DNA of 32,000 nucleotides, taken from assembly GCA_000091165.1 (NCBI GenBank), contig FP565575.1, forward strand, positions 1,560,001-1,592,000. The letters run 5' to 3'. A model generated the notes under the pieces. That model had not been told where the DNA came from, did not search any database, and saw only the letters and a program-made list of their open reading frames with translations. How positions within the stretch are numbered: position 1 is the stretch's first letter; the number at the start of each line of letters is the position of its first letter. A program made the translations under genes and the position numbers. Origin of the DNA: Candidatus Methylomirabilis oxygeniifera (GTDB taxonomy: Bacteria; Methylomirabilota; Methylomirabilia; Methylomirabilales; Methylomirabilaceae). This document shows positions 7,669 through 17,400 of this stretch, piece by piece.

Positions 7669-8582
7669 GCAGTCGCCTCCGCACCCTGTGGCAGCTCCAG
7701 AATCCGCCCTTCGCGCTTCCGGTAGACCGTGTTGCGAAGAGGGGTAAACTGATCGCTCATCCCATGGAGCGATTCGGAATGTCCGAGAAAGAGGTGGCCG
7801 TCATCTTGAAGATAGCCGGCAAAGCGTTCCATAAGACGGCGCTGCGTCGGCTTGTCGAAGTAGATAATGACGTTTCGGCAGAAGACGCAGTCAAAACGCG
7901 TTTGGATCGGCCACTGGCTGTCCTGTAGGTTAATTCGACGAAATGTGATCAGCTTTCGCAGCTCCGGAACCACCTGCACGAATCCGTCGTGCGCTCCCGT
8001 CCCTTGCAAGAAGTGCCGCTCGAGAATGGATCGAGGAATCTCGGCAACGCGTTCCGCCGCATAGACACCCTGCGCCGCTCTGGCCAGAACCTCCGTATCG
8101 ATGTCCGAGGCCAAGATGCGCACATCCCAGGTCGGCAAATTCTCGATGGCCCTTCGCAGCGTGATGGCGATCGTGTAGGGCTCCTCGCCGCTGCTGCACC
8201 CGGCGCTCCAGATCCGAATCCGTCGCTCTCCGGTCCGAACAGCCCGCGCCTTCCAGGCCGGCACCATCTCTTGCTCCAGGAAATCGAAGTGCGACTTTTC
8301 GCGATAAAAATCAGTCTTATTCGTCGTAATGGCATTGACGAAGTGTTCCAGCTCGGTATGTCCCGTCTCGCCGCTCAGATAGTCGTAGTACTGCTTGAAG
8401 GATACCAGCTTCAGCGCGCGCAGCCGTTTCCCCAGCCTGGAGCACACCAGATTTCGCTTGTGCTCGCTCAGAGCGATCCCGGTATGGGCTTTGACCAGAT
8501 TCTGAAACAGCCGAAATTCCTGATCAGAGATCGTGGTCTCTAACGGAATGTGCAACAAAGGCCCGACTGCAGTTCGCTGCAT
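7665..8582 (-). CDS. cheR: Chemotaxis protein methyltransferase CheR
   Basis: 305 aa with ..TTNKTDFYREKSHFDFL.., ..IRIWSAGCSSGEEPYTIA.. and ..VFCRNVIIYFD.. AAGGAGG lies upstream of ATG 8580-8582. Confidence 0.9.
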   Translation of the reverse strand: MQRTAVGPLLHIPLETTISDQEFRLFQNLVKAHTGIALSEHKRNLVCSRLGKRLRALKLVSFKQYYDYLSGETGHTELEHFVNAITTNKTDFYREKSHFDFLEQEMVPAWKARAVRTGERRIRIWSAGCSSGEEPYTIAITLRRAIENLPTWDVRILASDIDTEVLARAAQGVYAAERVAEIPRSILERHFLQGTGAHDGFVQVVPELRKLITFRRINLQDSQWPIQTRFDCVFCRNVIIYFDKPTQRRLMERFAGYLQDDGHLFLGHSESLHGMSDQFTPLRNTVYRKREGRILELPQGAEATA

Positions 8583-8597
8583 TTGCTCACTGCCTCC

Positions 8598-9140
8598 TTA
8601 GTTCCAGTCGGCCGCTTCAACCGCCGCTTGTGCGGTCGCCGCCGCGTCCGCAACCGTCAGCACCTTCTCGATGTCCAGCAGAATCACTAACTTCTCTCCG
8701 GCCTTGGCCAGCCCATTGATGAACGAGGTATCTACCTGGCCGTGAAGCTCCGGCGTAGTCTGAATATCGTCGCCGGCGACGTTCAGGACGTCGGAGACCG
8801 CATCCACGATAAACCCCATGGTCCGCTTCTGCCCCGCTTGAGATCCTCCGATCGGACGACCCTGGACCTGGACCACTACGATAACGGTAAACTTGGTTAG
8901 CTCCACTTCCGGCATCCCGAACTTTTTTCGCAAGTCAATAATAGGAACGATCGTGCCTCGAAGATTCAGTACTCCCTTGATAAATACCGGCGCGTTAGGA
9001 AGAGGGGTGATGGTCGAGAACCCCTTGATCTCCTGGATGTTCAGGATCTCCACCCCGTACTCTTCCTGCCCCAGGGCAAAGGTGAGGAACTGATGTATGT
9101 CATTCGCGCGGCTCGTCTTATCGATCGTGGACTCGTTCAT
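8598..9140 (-). CDS. cheW: Chemotaxis coupling protein CheW
   Basis: ORF 8598..9191 trimmed to ATG 9138-9140, which is preceded by AGGAGGAG. Product has ..QFLTFALGQEEYGVEILNIQEIKG..PVFIKGVLNLRGTIVPIIDLRKKFG.. Confidence 0.9.
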   Translation of the reverse strand: MNESTIDKTSRANDIHQFLTFALGQEEYGVEILNIQEIKGFSTITPLPNAPVFIKGVLNLRGTIVPIIDLRKKFGMPEVELTKFTVIVVVQVQGRPIGGSQAGQKRTMGFIVDAVSDVLNVAGDDIQTTPELHGQVDTSFINGLAKAGEKLVILLDIEKVLTVADAAATAQAAVEAADWN

Positions 9141-9223
9141 TGGCCGACTCCTCCTGTGCCACACCATCCCCTTGCTTAGAACCGACCGCAAAGGCGGGTG
9201 TGGCGCTGATAGTTGTCTATATT

Positions 9224-11005
9224 CTAAAACTCCTCAAACGTGCCGTACGCCGCATCGGTTCCGGTGGCGGCTGCCACAACCTTGGGCGCGTCGCTCTTGT
9301 TGCCCCTCATCTTGCCTTTCAGGGGCACGACCTTGCTCTTCGGTTCCGGACTGACGGCTGATGACTGAGAGCCGACCGCTGCCTCTTGCGCCAACTTAAA
9401 CTGCGCCACCTGAGCCGACAGCTCTTCGGCCTGCGCTGCCAACGACTGCGCGGTCGAGCTGAGTTGTTCGGTCTGGGCGGCGTTGCTCTGAGTGACCGAA
9501 TCCATCTGAGTGACGGCCTGATTGACCTGCTCGATCCCCTGGGCCTGCTCCTGCGAGGCGGCCGAGATCTCAGCGATGAGGTCGGCCACCTTCTTGACGG
9601 AGGCCATGATCTCGGTCAGGGTGTCGCCGGACTGATGGACCAGTCTGGCCCCGTCTTCGACCTTTGCCATCGAGTCGGTGATCAGCGCCTTGATCTCCTT
9701 GGAGGCGGCGGCGGACCGCTGAGCAAGCGCCCGGACCTCGCTGGCCACCACGGCAAAGCCCCGGCCCTGCTCCCCGGCGCGGGCCGCTTCGACGGCGGCA
9801 TTCAGCGCCAGCAGGTTGGTCTGGAAGGCGATCTCGTCGATCGTGGTGATGATGGCGGCAATCTGCTTAGATGATTGGGTGATCGCCTCCATCGAGGCCA
9901 CGGCCTCCCGGACCACCGCACCACCCTGCTCGGCCCCGTTCCTGGCGCTGACCGCCATCTGGTTGGCCTGGCGAGCGTTGTCGGCGTTCTGCTTGATGGT
10001 GGAGGTTATCTGCTCCAGAGAGGCGGCGGTCTCTTCGAGGGAGGATGCCTGTTCCTGGGCGCCGCTGGAGAGCTCCTCGCTACCGGCAGCGAGTTGCTGG
10101 GAGGCAACGGCGGAGGAGGAGGCCGCCGCCGACACTTGGTGTAATAACGGATTCAAGGTATCCAGCGAACCGTTAAGCGCCGAGGCGATCAGGCCCAGCT
10201 CATCACCCGAGCGCACCTGCGTGCGCTGCGAGAGATCGCCATCAGCCATCCCGCGGATCACGGGGAGTAGGCTGGCCGCCGGACGCTGCACGGAGGCGCG
10301 GACGATCAGGGCCACACCTACCCACAGACCGACCAGCACGACCGCCAGACTACCGATGGCGCCCCAGGCGCTCTTTGTGGCCGCGGCGAAGGCGGCTGCC
10401 AACGGGATCTGCACGACCAGCCCCCCCATCACGTCACCCAGCTTGAAATCTTTCTTGGGGCTGCCCGGATGGGCGTTGTGACAGTCGGCACAGGCTTGCG
10501 CGGTCACGACATCCGGGACGAAGAAATGAAGCCATGGTGCGCCGTCCGCCCACCTGATCTCGGCTGGCTTGGCCTTCTGATCCTTGACGAGTTGCTCCAG
10601 AACACCTCGTTCGAACTCATTTCGAGGCCCTTTCGCCTTGTTGATGGGCCACAGGCTCAGCAGGTCAATCTTGTAGAGCCCTTGCTCGTTGATCCGTGCC
10701 GATACCTCGTTCACGAAGGTCGCCGGAAGCGGGATCCATCCCTTTTCATCGCGGTTCTGCACGGTATCCGGCTTCACCTCAAAGCCGTCCTTTCGCAGTT
10801 TGGCGACTACCTGGGTGTTATAGTAGATGCGGTTTTCGGCCACCTGCAAGGCAATGGCCTGCGCGGTCTGCCTGGCCTGGGATTCAACGGCCTGTACGGC
10901 TTGAGTATAGATGTAGTACGCACCACCCGCACACAGCAGTACGACCACTACACCAAAGGGTACCAGAATCTTGGTGCCGATCTTCCAGTTCGCGTATCTC
11001 TTCAT
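9224..11005 (-). CDS. mcp: Methyl-accepting chemotaxis protein with a periplasmic CxxCH (heme-c type, Tll0287/DUF3365-like) sensor, HAMP and MA domains
   Basis: ORF 9224..11125 trimmed to ATG 11003-11005, preceded by AGGAGGAG. TM1: [21 protein letters not shown]. Periplasmic region: ..[39 protein letters not shown].., with the CADCH codons at 10478-10492. TM2, HAMP and the signalling domain follow (..[38 protein letters not shown]..). The protein ends ..YGTFEEF. Confidence 0.9.
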   Translation of the reverse strand: MKRYANWKIGTKILVPFGVVVVLLCAGGAYYIYTQAVQAVESQARQTAQAIALQVAENRIYYNTQVVAKLRKDGFEVKPDTVQNRDEKGWIPLPATFVNEVSARINEQGLYKIDLLSLWPINKAKGPRNEFERGVLEQLVKDQKAKPAEIRWADGAPWLHFFVPDVVTAQACADCHNAHPGSPKKDFKLGDVMGGLVVQIPLAAAFAAATKSAWGAIGSLAVVLVGLWVGVALIVRASVQRPAASLLPVIRGMADGDLSQRTQVRSGDELGLIASALNGSLDTLNPLLHQVSAAASSSAVASQQLAAGSEELSSGAQEQASSLEETAASLEQITSTIKQNADNARQANQMAVSARNGAEQGGAVVREAVASMEAITQSSKQIAAIITTIDEIAFQTNLLALNAAVEAARAGEQGRGFAVVASEVRALAQRSAAASKEIKALITDSMAKVEDGARLVHQSGDTLTEIMASVKKVADLIAEISAASQEQAQGIEQVNQAVTQMDSVTQSNAAQTEQLSSTAQSLAAQAEELSAQVAQFKLAQEAAVGSQSSAVSPEPKSKVVPLKGKMRGNKSDAPKVVAAATGTDAAYGTFEEF

Positions 11006-11104
11006 CTCTCCTCCTTGGAGCCGTTCCGCGCTCCACGCACTCCATCCTGTCTGTTTGCGCGCGGTGGTGTGTGCCGCATCGACAACACCAATCCGCATCT
11101 CGTA

Positions 11105-11143
11105 CTCCTCACACGTGCCGTACACTGCATTGGTTCCGGTGGC
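11105..11143 (-). other. 39-nt relic of a chemoreceptor 3' end in the cheA-mcp spacer
   Basis: 35 of 39 nt are identical to 9230-9268, the last codons of mcp. It translates [14 protein letters not shown], against [14 protein letters not shown] in mcp. Confidence 0.6.
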
Positions 11144-11173
11144 CTCCGCATTCCGCCATCCTGATATCCTCTC

Positions 11174-12988
11174 TCAGGCCGCGATACGTAGCGTCTCTCG
11201 TCCGGATGCCAACCGGATCAATCCCGGGATGTCCAGGATCATCGCTATCCGGCCGTCACCCATGATGGTGGCCCCTGACACGCCGGGAACCTTGCGGTAA
11301 TTGGTCTCCAAACTCTTAATCACCACCTGCTGTTGTCCCAGCAGTTCGTCCACTAAGAGGGCCACCCTCCGGCCTTCCCGCTCAACGATAACGAGCAAAC
11401 CATGGGTCGGATCGGTCACCTTTGAAATCACATCAAACAGTTCATAGAGGCGAATAATCGGTAGGGCCTGACCCCGGACGCTGACGACCTCGCCACAGCC
11501 GACCACGCTGCTCAGATCCACCGGCTTCGGCCGGATCGATTCGGTGATTGAGACCAGGGGGATAATGTAAACCTCGTCACCAAGTTGGATCGACAGACCG
11601 TCCATGATCGCCAGAGTAAGCGGAAGCGTAATCGTGAACCGGGTCCCGCGGCCAACTTCGGTCGTGATGGCGATCGACCCTCCCAGCCCTTCAATGTTCC
11701 GCACCACAACGTCCATCCCTACCCCGCGGCCGGATACGTCGGTCACCTGTTCCGCAGTCGAGAAACCGGGTCGGAAGATCAGCCGGTGCACCTGGTCGTC
11801 GCTGAGCGACTCATCCTCGCCGATGAGGCCTTGCTCAACAGCCTTCCTGAGAATCTTTGATTTATCGAGACCGCGACCGTCATCCGCCACTTCAATGAAG
11901 ATGCTGCCGCCCTGATGGTAGGCATCGAGCAGGATCCTGCCCTCCGCGGGCTTCCCCTGGGCCAACCGTCGGTCCGGAGGCTCAATCCCATGATCGACCG
12001 CATTACGGATCAGGTGGGTCATCGGATCACTGATTCGCTCAATAACGGTCTTATCCAGTTCGGTCTCCTCACCCTTGATCTGGAGGGTCACCGCTTTCCC
12101 GCACTCCTTCGCCAGATCGCGCACCACTCTGGGAAATCGCCTGAATACGGTGCCGACCGGCAGCATCCGGACGGCCATGACTCGCTCTTGCAGCTCCCGC
12201 AGATTCCGATCCATCTGACCGACCGCTCCCTCCAACAACGTAGCCCGCCCCGGGCCGAAGGCGGCTACGGTCTGGTTGATGATCGATTGGGTGATGACCA
12301 GTTCGCCGACCAGATTGATCAGCTTATCTACCTTGTCGGTGCTGACGCGAATCGTCGAGGAGTCCTGCTTGTGCTGTAACTCCACCTGTTGACCGAGGGC
12401 TCGCGCAACGTGCAACGGACTCGCCGCCCGGTCCTCCACCAGGATTTCGCCGACCTTTTTGTGCTTACGAAGAGCTTCTTCAAGTTGCGTTGTCGTAATC
12501 GCCTGCGCTTCGAGCAGCAGTTCGCCGATCTTAGGAACCTCTCCATCCGCGAGGATGCCTTGCGAACTTGCTTCAGGTACCGCCGGAATCGCTATGCGGC
12601 TGTCCTCTCTATGCGTCAGGAATGCGTGCAGCGCCAGCCTCAGCTCTTCGCCCTCTGTCTCATCGACCGGCTCGCCTTTTGCCGCGGCAAAGAGCCGCTT
12701 AATGACATCCGCGGATCGCAGGAGCAGATCGGCGGCGGGACGGGTAAGCGGTATTTCGCGCTTTCGGAGGCGGCCGAGAAGATCTTCCACGTTGTGCGCC
12801 ACCGCCGCGATCCGATCAAATCCCAACATCGCGCTGTTACCCTTGATGGTGTGGATGGCGCGGAAACTCCTATTCAGGAGCTCCTGATCGTCAGGATTGG
12901 TCTCCAGTTGCAAGAGACACTCCTCAAACTCGGCCAGCAATTCAGCCGACTCCTCAAAGAACCCTTGCAGGAGATCATCGTCTTCCAT
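11174..12988 (-). CDS. cheA: Chemotaxis histidine kinase CheA
   Basis: 604 aa. HPt: FRAIHTIKGNSAMLGF. Kinase core: HLIRNAVDHGIE, DDGRGLD, GRGVGMDVV. The C-terminus has a CheW-like domain. GAAGGAGG lies upstream of ATG 12986-12988. Confidence 0.9.
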   Translation of the reverse strand: MEDDDLLQGFFEESAELLAEFEECLLQLETNPDDQELLNRSFRAIHTIKGNSAMLGFDRIAAVAHNVEDLLGRLRKREIPLTRPAADLLLRSADVIKRLFAAAKGEPVDETEGEELRLALHAFLTHREDSRIAIPAVPEASSQGILADGEVPKIGELLLEAQAITTTQLEEALRKHKKVGEILVEDRAASPLHVARALGQQVELQHKQDSSTIRVSTDKVDKLINLVGELVITQSIINQTVAAFGPGRATLLEGAVGQMDRNLRELQERVMAVRMLPVGTVFRRFPRVVRDLAKECGKAVTLQIKGEETELDKTVIERISDPMTHLIRNAVDHGIEPPDRRLAQGKPAEGRILLDAYHQGGSIFIEVADDGRGLDKSKILRKAVEQGLIGEDESLSDDQVHRLIFRPGFSTAEQVTDVSGRGVGMDVVVRNIEGLGGSIAITTEVGRGTRFTITLPLTLAIMDGLSIQLGDEVYIIPLVSITESIRPKPVDLSSVVGCGEVVSVRGQALPIIRLYELFDVISKVTDPTHGLLVIVEREGRRVALLVDELLGQQQVVIKSLETNYRKVPGVSGATIMGDGRIAMILDIPGLIRLASGRETLRIAA

Positions 12989-13010
12989 GCTGCGCCTCCT
13001 TCGCCTTGGC

Positions 13011-13388
13011 CTATCCCGCCTGGAGCGGCAGAACCTTGGTAATGACCTGCCGAAGCTGCTGTGGGTTGAACGGCTTGACGATCCAGCCGGTCGCCCCAGC
13101 CGCCTTGCCCGCCTGCTTCATCGCGGCGTCGCACTCGGTCGTCAGAATCAGGACGGGGGTAGACTTGTTGGTTGGCCGTCGACGGATTTCCTTCACAAGG
13201 GTGATGCCGTCCATGATCGGCATATTCATGTCGGTAATGATCACGTCCACCGAGTGCCGATCGAGCGCGACGAGAGCATCCCGCCCATTTGCAGCCTCGA
13301 TCACGTCATGTCCCCCATCCGTCAACGCAGACCGAATAATCCCCCGCATCGAGTTCGAATCGTCGACGATTAAGATCCGCTTTGTCAT
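13011..13388 (-). CDS. cheY: Chemotaxis response regulator CheY
   Basis: ORF 13011..13394 (GTG) trimmed to ATG 13386-13388, 5 nt after AGGAGG. Product has ILIVDDSNSMR..VDVIITDMNMPIMDG..PVLILTTE..GWIVKPF. Confidence 0.9.
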   Translation of the reverse strand: MTKRILIVDDSNSMRGIIRSALTDGGHDVIEAANGRDALVALDRHSVDVIITDMNMPIMDGITLVKEIRRRPTNKSTPVLILTTECDAAMKQAGKAAGATGWIVKPFNPQQLRQVITKVLPLQAG

Positions 13389-13496
13389 TCTCACCTCCTA
13401 GCCTCATTCAGCCGGAAAGGAAGCCCGAAAGATAGACCGATGTTTCCGCTCCTGTCGGCTTTTACTCAGGCCATAAGCACCTCGTCTCGTTCCCAG

Positions 13497-13524
13497 TTAT
13501 CGGCAGCCGTGACCCCATACTTGA
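13497..13524 (-). promoter_or_regulatory. Candidate sigma-28 (FliA-type) promoter upstream of cheY
   Basis: The minus strand reads TCAAG-tatggggtcacggct-GCCGATAA. The -10 is a perfect GCCGATAA (13497-13504). The -35 is only TAAA-like (CAAG) at 15-nt spacing. The element is about 110 nt upstream of the cheY ATG. Confidence 0.4.
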
Positions 13525-13646
13525 GCCTTTTCGCCGAACCGAGACGCACGTCCTTCACGCCGCGTTAAAAACCGGTCATACGATGTAAGAGACCTGCCGA
13601 TAGGATGGGATATGAAGAGAGGTATCAATGGGAGGGATAAATCATT

Positions 13647-14417
13647 ATGAAGACGATTCAGGAACAGCCGGGGACAGGAACAGCCGTGGGACCGAATCAG
13701 GTCGGACTACCCACACACACCGATACAGCGGTCAGTCACCGGCAATCGACTGACGGCTGTCAGCTCAAGGCTGCTGTTCTTGGGCAGGCTCACTGGACAG
13801 CGGTAGGTAAACTTACGCCCGGACTCATTCATGAGATTAACAACGCTCTGTGCGTGATCGGCAACTATGTTCAGCTCCTAATGCTCCAACGAGAGCATCG
13901 CGGTCAGGAAATCTTGAAGTCGCTTACTACGATGAGCGCCACTGTCGAGCGCGTTCAGACCCTCACCCACCGTGTGGCGGCGTATGCGAGAGTGAAGGCA
14001 CAACCATCTTCTTCTATCCGAGTACACGAGCTGCTTGAGGAAGCACTAGCCCTCGCGAGTCTACAGAGATTGTTTCGAGAGTTCCAGGTCCACAGAGCGT
14101 TCAGCGACAACCTGCCTGAAGTCCGAGGCGATCCCAGGTCGCTAATGGACGCTTTCGTCGAGCTGTTGACTATCGACAGCCATGCCGTCGCACGAGGGGG
14201 CATAGTCACCATCTCGACACGATCGGCGCCGGGCTGGGTTACGGTGACTCTCGGCGGATCGGACCACGCATGGTCATGCTCGAAGGCGAGCCTGACCCTC
14301 GCCAGTCAGATCGTCGAACAACAGGCAGGCCGACTGCTGAGCGAGGCTGGTCCTGGACAGGCGAGGGAGAATATCTCAGTCTGGCTTCGCACATCCACTG
14401 ATACAGGTGCGGCGTAA
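13647..14417 (+). CDS. Histidine-kinase-like protein with an intact H-box and a degenerate ATP-binding domain
   Basis: 256 aa, with GGGAGGGA 9 nt upstream of the ATG. The DHp H-box is ..LTPGLIHEINNALCVIGNYVQLL.. Where the N, G1 and G2 boxes should be, the sequence reads ..FVELLTIDSHAV.., ..VTLGGSDHAW.. and ..KASLTLASQIV.. Confidence 0.6.
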   Translation: MKTIQEQPGTGTAVGPNQVGLPTHTDTAVSHRQSTDGCQLKAAVLGQAHWTAVGKLTPGLIHEINNALCVIGNYVQLLMLQREHRGQEILKSLTTMSATVERVQTLTHRVAAYARVKAQPSSSIRVHELLEEALALASLQRLFREFQVHRAFSDNLPEVRGDPRSLMDAFVELLTIDSHAVARGGIVTISTRSAPGWVTVTLGGSDHAWSCSKASLTLASQIVEQQAGRLLSEAGPGQARENISVWLRTSTDTGAA

Positions 14418-14450
14418 GTAGCCTGGAGAATAGATCCGGCCCTGAGCCAC

Positions 14451-17400
14451 TCAGGGGGACTCAGGTCCGCATCTGTCTACGCGCGCTAGAGCCTGACTCA
14501 ACGCCTCCAGAAGCGCATGACGTGTGTAGGGCTTGGCTACCACAACGTCTACACCACTCGTCGCGAGCTGGGCTGGTTCCAACTGATCCCCCCATCCAGT
14601 GACCATGATCACGGGAAGCTCGGGGTGGGACACGCGCGATACTCGAGCCACCTCCCAGCCCGACATTCCCGCCATCCCGAGGTCGGTGATGAGGAGATCG
14701 AAGCGCTCGGCCTCCAAGCGCGCGAGGCCGGCCTCACCGCTTGTTGCCACAACTGCCTCATACCCAAAAAGTCTCAACAGATCGGCTAGCGTCTCGCCCA
14801 GCAGCGGCTCGTCGTCGATCACGAGCAGACGTAGATGGCTCGGCAACTGCGGGAGTGGGGGGGCGGGAGCGGATGACTCCGACCAGCCCTCTTGCGCCAC
14901 CGGCAGACGGAGGATGACGCTGGTCCCCCGCCCCTCCATGCTCGTGATATGAGTCTCACCCCCATGGCGTCGTACAATCCCCTGGACCATGCTGAGCCCG
15001 AGGCCGGTCCCCTGGACACCCTTCGTGGTAAAGAATGGCTCAAAGAGACGTGCTTTCACGGACTGAGACATCCCAACGCCGGTATCGGACACCGTAAGGT
15101 CTACCCACTCGCGCTCGTCCGGAGGCCCCTGGGACAACGTCGGCACTTCAGGGTGTTCGGTCTGAGGTGTACGACTCGTACTGATCGTCACCGTACCGCC
15201 CTGCAGCATCGCGTCCATCGCGTTGAAAATAAGGTTCGTAAGCGCCTCCCGTAACTCCGCCGCATTCCCCAGAACCGGCGGCACATCGCCTAGCTCCAGC
15301 GCCATCATGACCCGGAGTCCCTGGGCCTCAGCCTGATCCTTCCATCTGGGCCGCGTAGTCTCGAGAACCTGCGCGACGACCTCGTTGAGCGACACCGGCG
15401 CGAAAATCTCCCCACCGCGAGGTCGGGTCGCCTCACGAATCTTCCGCACGATGTCGGCGCCGTCGAGCGCCGCTTGCTCCAATAGGCGCAGGTTCCGACG
15501 GAGTTCGTCTGGCGCGACCGCTCCCTGTCCCAGGTACGTCTGCAGCAGCAACACCTGTCCGAGAATACCGGTCAGAATGTTGTTGAAGTCGTGGGCAACC
15601 CCGGATGCCATCTGCCCCATGGCCCGAAGTCGTTCAGTTTCAATGAGGGTGGCTTGGGCGCTCTTGAGCCCAGCGGTAGCTGTTTTCGCCGCTTCGTAGA
15701 GGCGTGCGTTCTCGATGGCCATGGCCAACTGTTCGCTCAGAGGTATCAGGAGATTCAGCTCGTGCTCCCCGTAGCGACAGGACTCAACGCTTGCCATGCA
15801 GAGGACGCCGATTACCTGCCCTTTGCTGATCAGCGGGAGGCGAACACAGGAACGGATCGCCGTCTGCAGAAGGGCCTCGTCCTCTCTGAACTGCCGCGTC
15901 TCCGCGAGATCCGACTCAATATGGGGTTGAGGCTGTACCAGCATCCACTGGATATCGGTTCTCTCCGCCCTTGATGCGATGCGCTCTCGGTGGATCGGTT
16001 GATCGATAGAGAGTTTCAGCACTCGGAGCCCTGCGTCTTTGTCATCCGGTACAACGACCTCCATCCGATCGTATGGAATAAGCCGCTTGACCTCCCTCGC
16101 GAAGCTCTGGTAGATGCTCTCGAGATCGAGGGAAGAGCTGACAACCTTACTCAGCCGGTTAAGAGCATCCAACCGATCCGCACGCTCTTCCAGGCGGATG
16201 TTCAACTCCCGAACCACAGCCTCCGCCTGTTTACGGTCGGTAATATCCTGCTTAATGGCAACGAACCCGAGAATCTCTCCATGCTCATCCCGCACCGGGG
16301 TAATGGTCTGCTCCTCGGTGTAGAGACCTCCGTCCTTGCGCTTGTTGATGATCTCCCCATACCAGACCCGCCCGGCGAGGATTGTCTCCCACAAGCGCCG
16401 ATACACCTCCTGACCGTGTTTGCCGGACTTGAGCAGGCGCAGATTCTGGCCAATGACCTCTTCGTCAGTATAGCCGGTAAGCCGGGTAAAAGCGGGATTA
16501 GCCCAGACAACTCTACCCAGCAAATCGCAAATGACCATGCTGTTCGCGGCCGCTTGCAGGGCGGCAGCCTGGATCAGCAGGCTGTGTTGTGCCTGCTGGA
16601 CCTGTGCCATGCTGTCCTGAAAACTCTCCAGCGTCTGGTTTAAGGCGGTCCCCATCCGGGCGAGTCGATCCTCGCCGGTTACACGCACTCGGAGCGTAAG
16701 ATCTCCGCTGGCCCCCTTAGTCAAAACCGCCATGGCTTGCCCCACGCTGTCCTCGAGGCGCGCCAGCATCTGGTCAATCGCCGTTCCCATCTGGCCCAAG
16801 TCATCCTCGGTCCGCAGATCGACGCGCGCGGCGAAGTCCCCGATCGCCGCCTGCTCGGTAACGGCTACAACCCGCTTAATTGCTTTGGCGATCAGACTTG
16901 CGATGAAATACCCGAGCGCCAGACCAATCAGCAAGCCACCCACAACGAAGCTGAGCATCAGAATTCTCGAGCGGTTGTAGATAGCTTGGGCCTCGTCATA
17001 GCGGCCCTTGGCGACATTGTCCTTGAGGTCGATGAGGGCATCGACCGCCGACACCGAGGCTTGATAACGGTCCCTGCCCTTGTTTAAGACGAAATTGTAC
17101 GCCTCCTCCTTCTTGCCCTGACTGCTCGTTGGCAGAAAGTCGTCGGCAAAATACGTCTTGTACGCGGCGACTGCCGCTTTGAATACATCAAGCGCCTCCT
17201 GTTCCTGCCGGACAAGTCGCATCTGTCCAACCCACCCGATCCGCTCCTCGACAAATCTGTAACCGTCCCATATCTGCGCGGCAAGTTGGTTCATCTTGGC
17301 GGGGTCATGTTCGATCGCATGTTGGAGAATCCAGCCGCGAATCTGGTGAGTCCGCCCGCGAGCTTCGGCGATGGCCCTGATGGCGAGGAGATGCTGCTCG

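Noticed and set aside
9386-10481. Plus-strand ORFs of 162, 221 and 89 aa inside the chemoreceptor gene.
   Set aside because: They are antisense to the Ala/Gln/Glu-rich coiled-coil signalling domain of the MCP, which naturally lacks stops on the opposite strand. They have no start context or motifs.
11006-11176. Possible TGA read-through fusing CheA to the chemoreceptor: same frame, and no stop in the 56-codon spacer.
   Set aside because: The shared frame has a one-in-three chance expectation, and stop-free runs of this length are common in GC-rich DNA. mcp has its own strong AGGAGGAG site and ATG. I recorded only the relic homology as a finding.
13596-13603. GCCGATAG on the plus strand upstream of the kinase-like ORF, as a second sigma-28 promoter.
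   Set aside because: There is no TAAA-like -35 at the required 15-nt spacing; the nearest TAAA is 25 nt away. I judged this to be a chance partial match.
14440-14456. 7-bp hairpin ccctgag-cca-ctcaggg between the convergent kinase genes, as a possible bidirectional terminator.
   Set aside because: The loop is only 3 nt, there is no flanking T/A-run on either strand, and it overlaps the stop codon of the hybrid kinase. The support is too weak to annotate.
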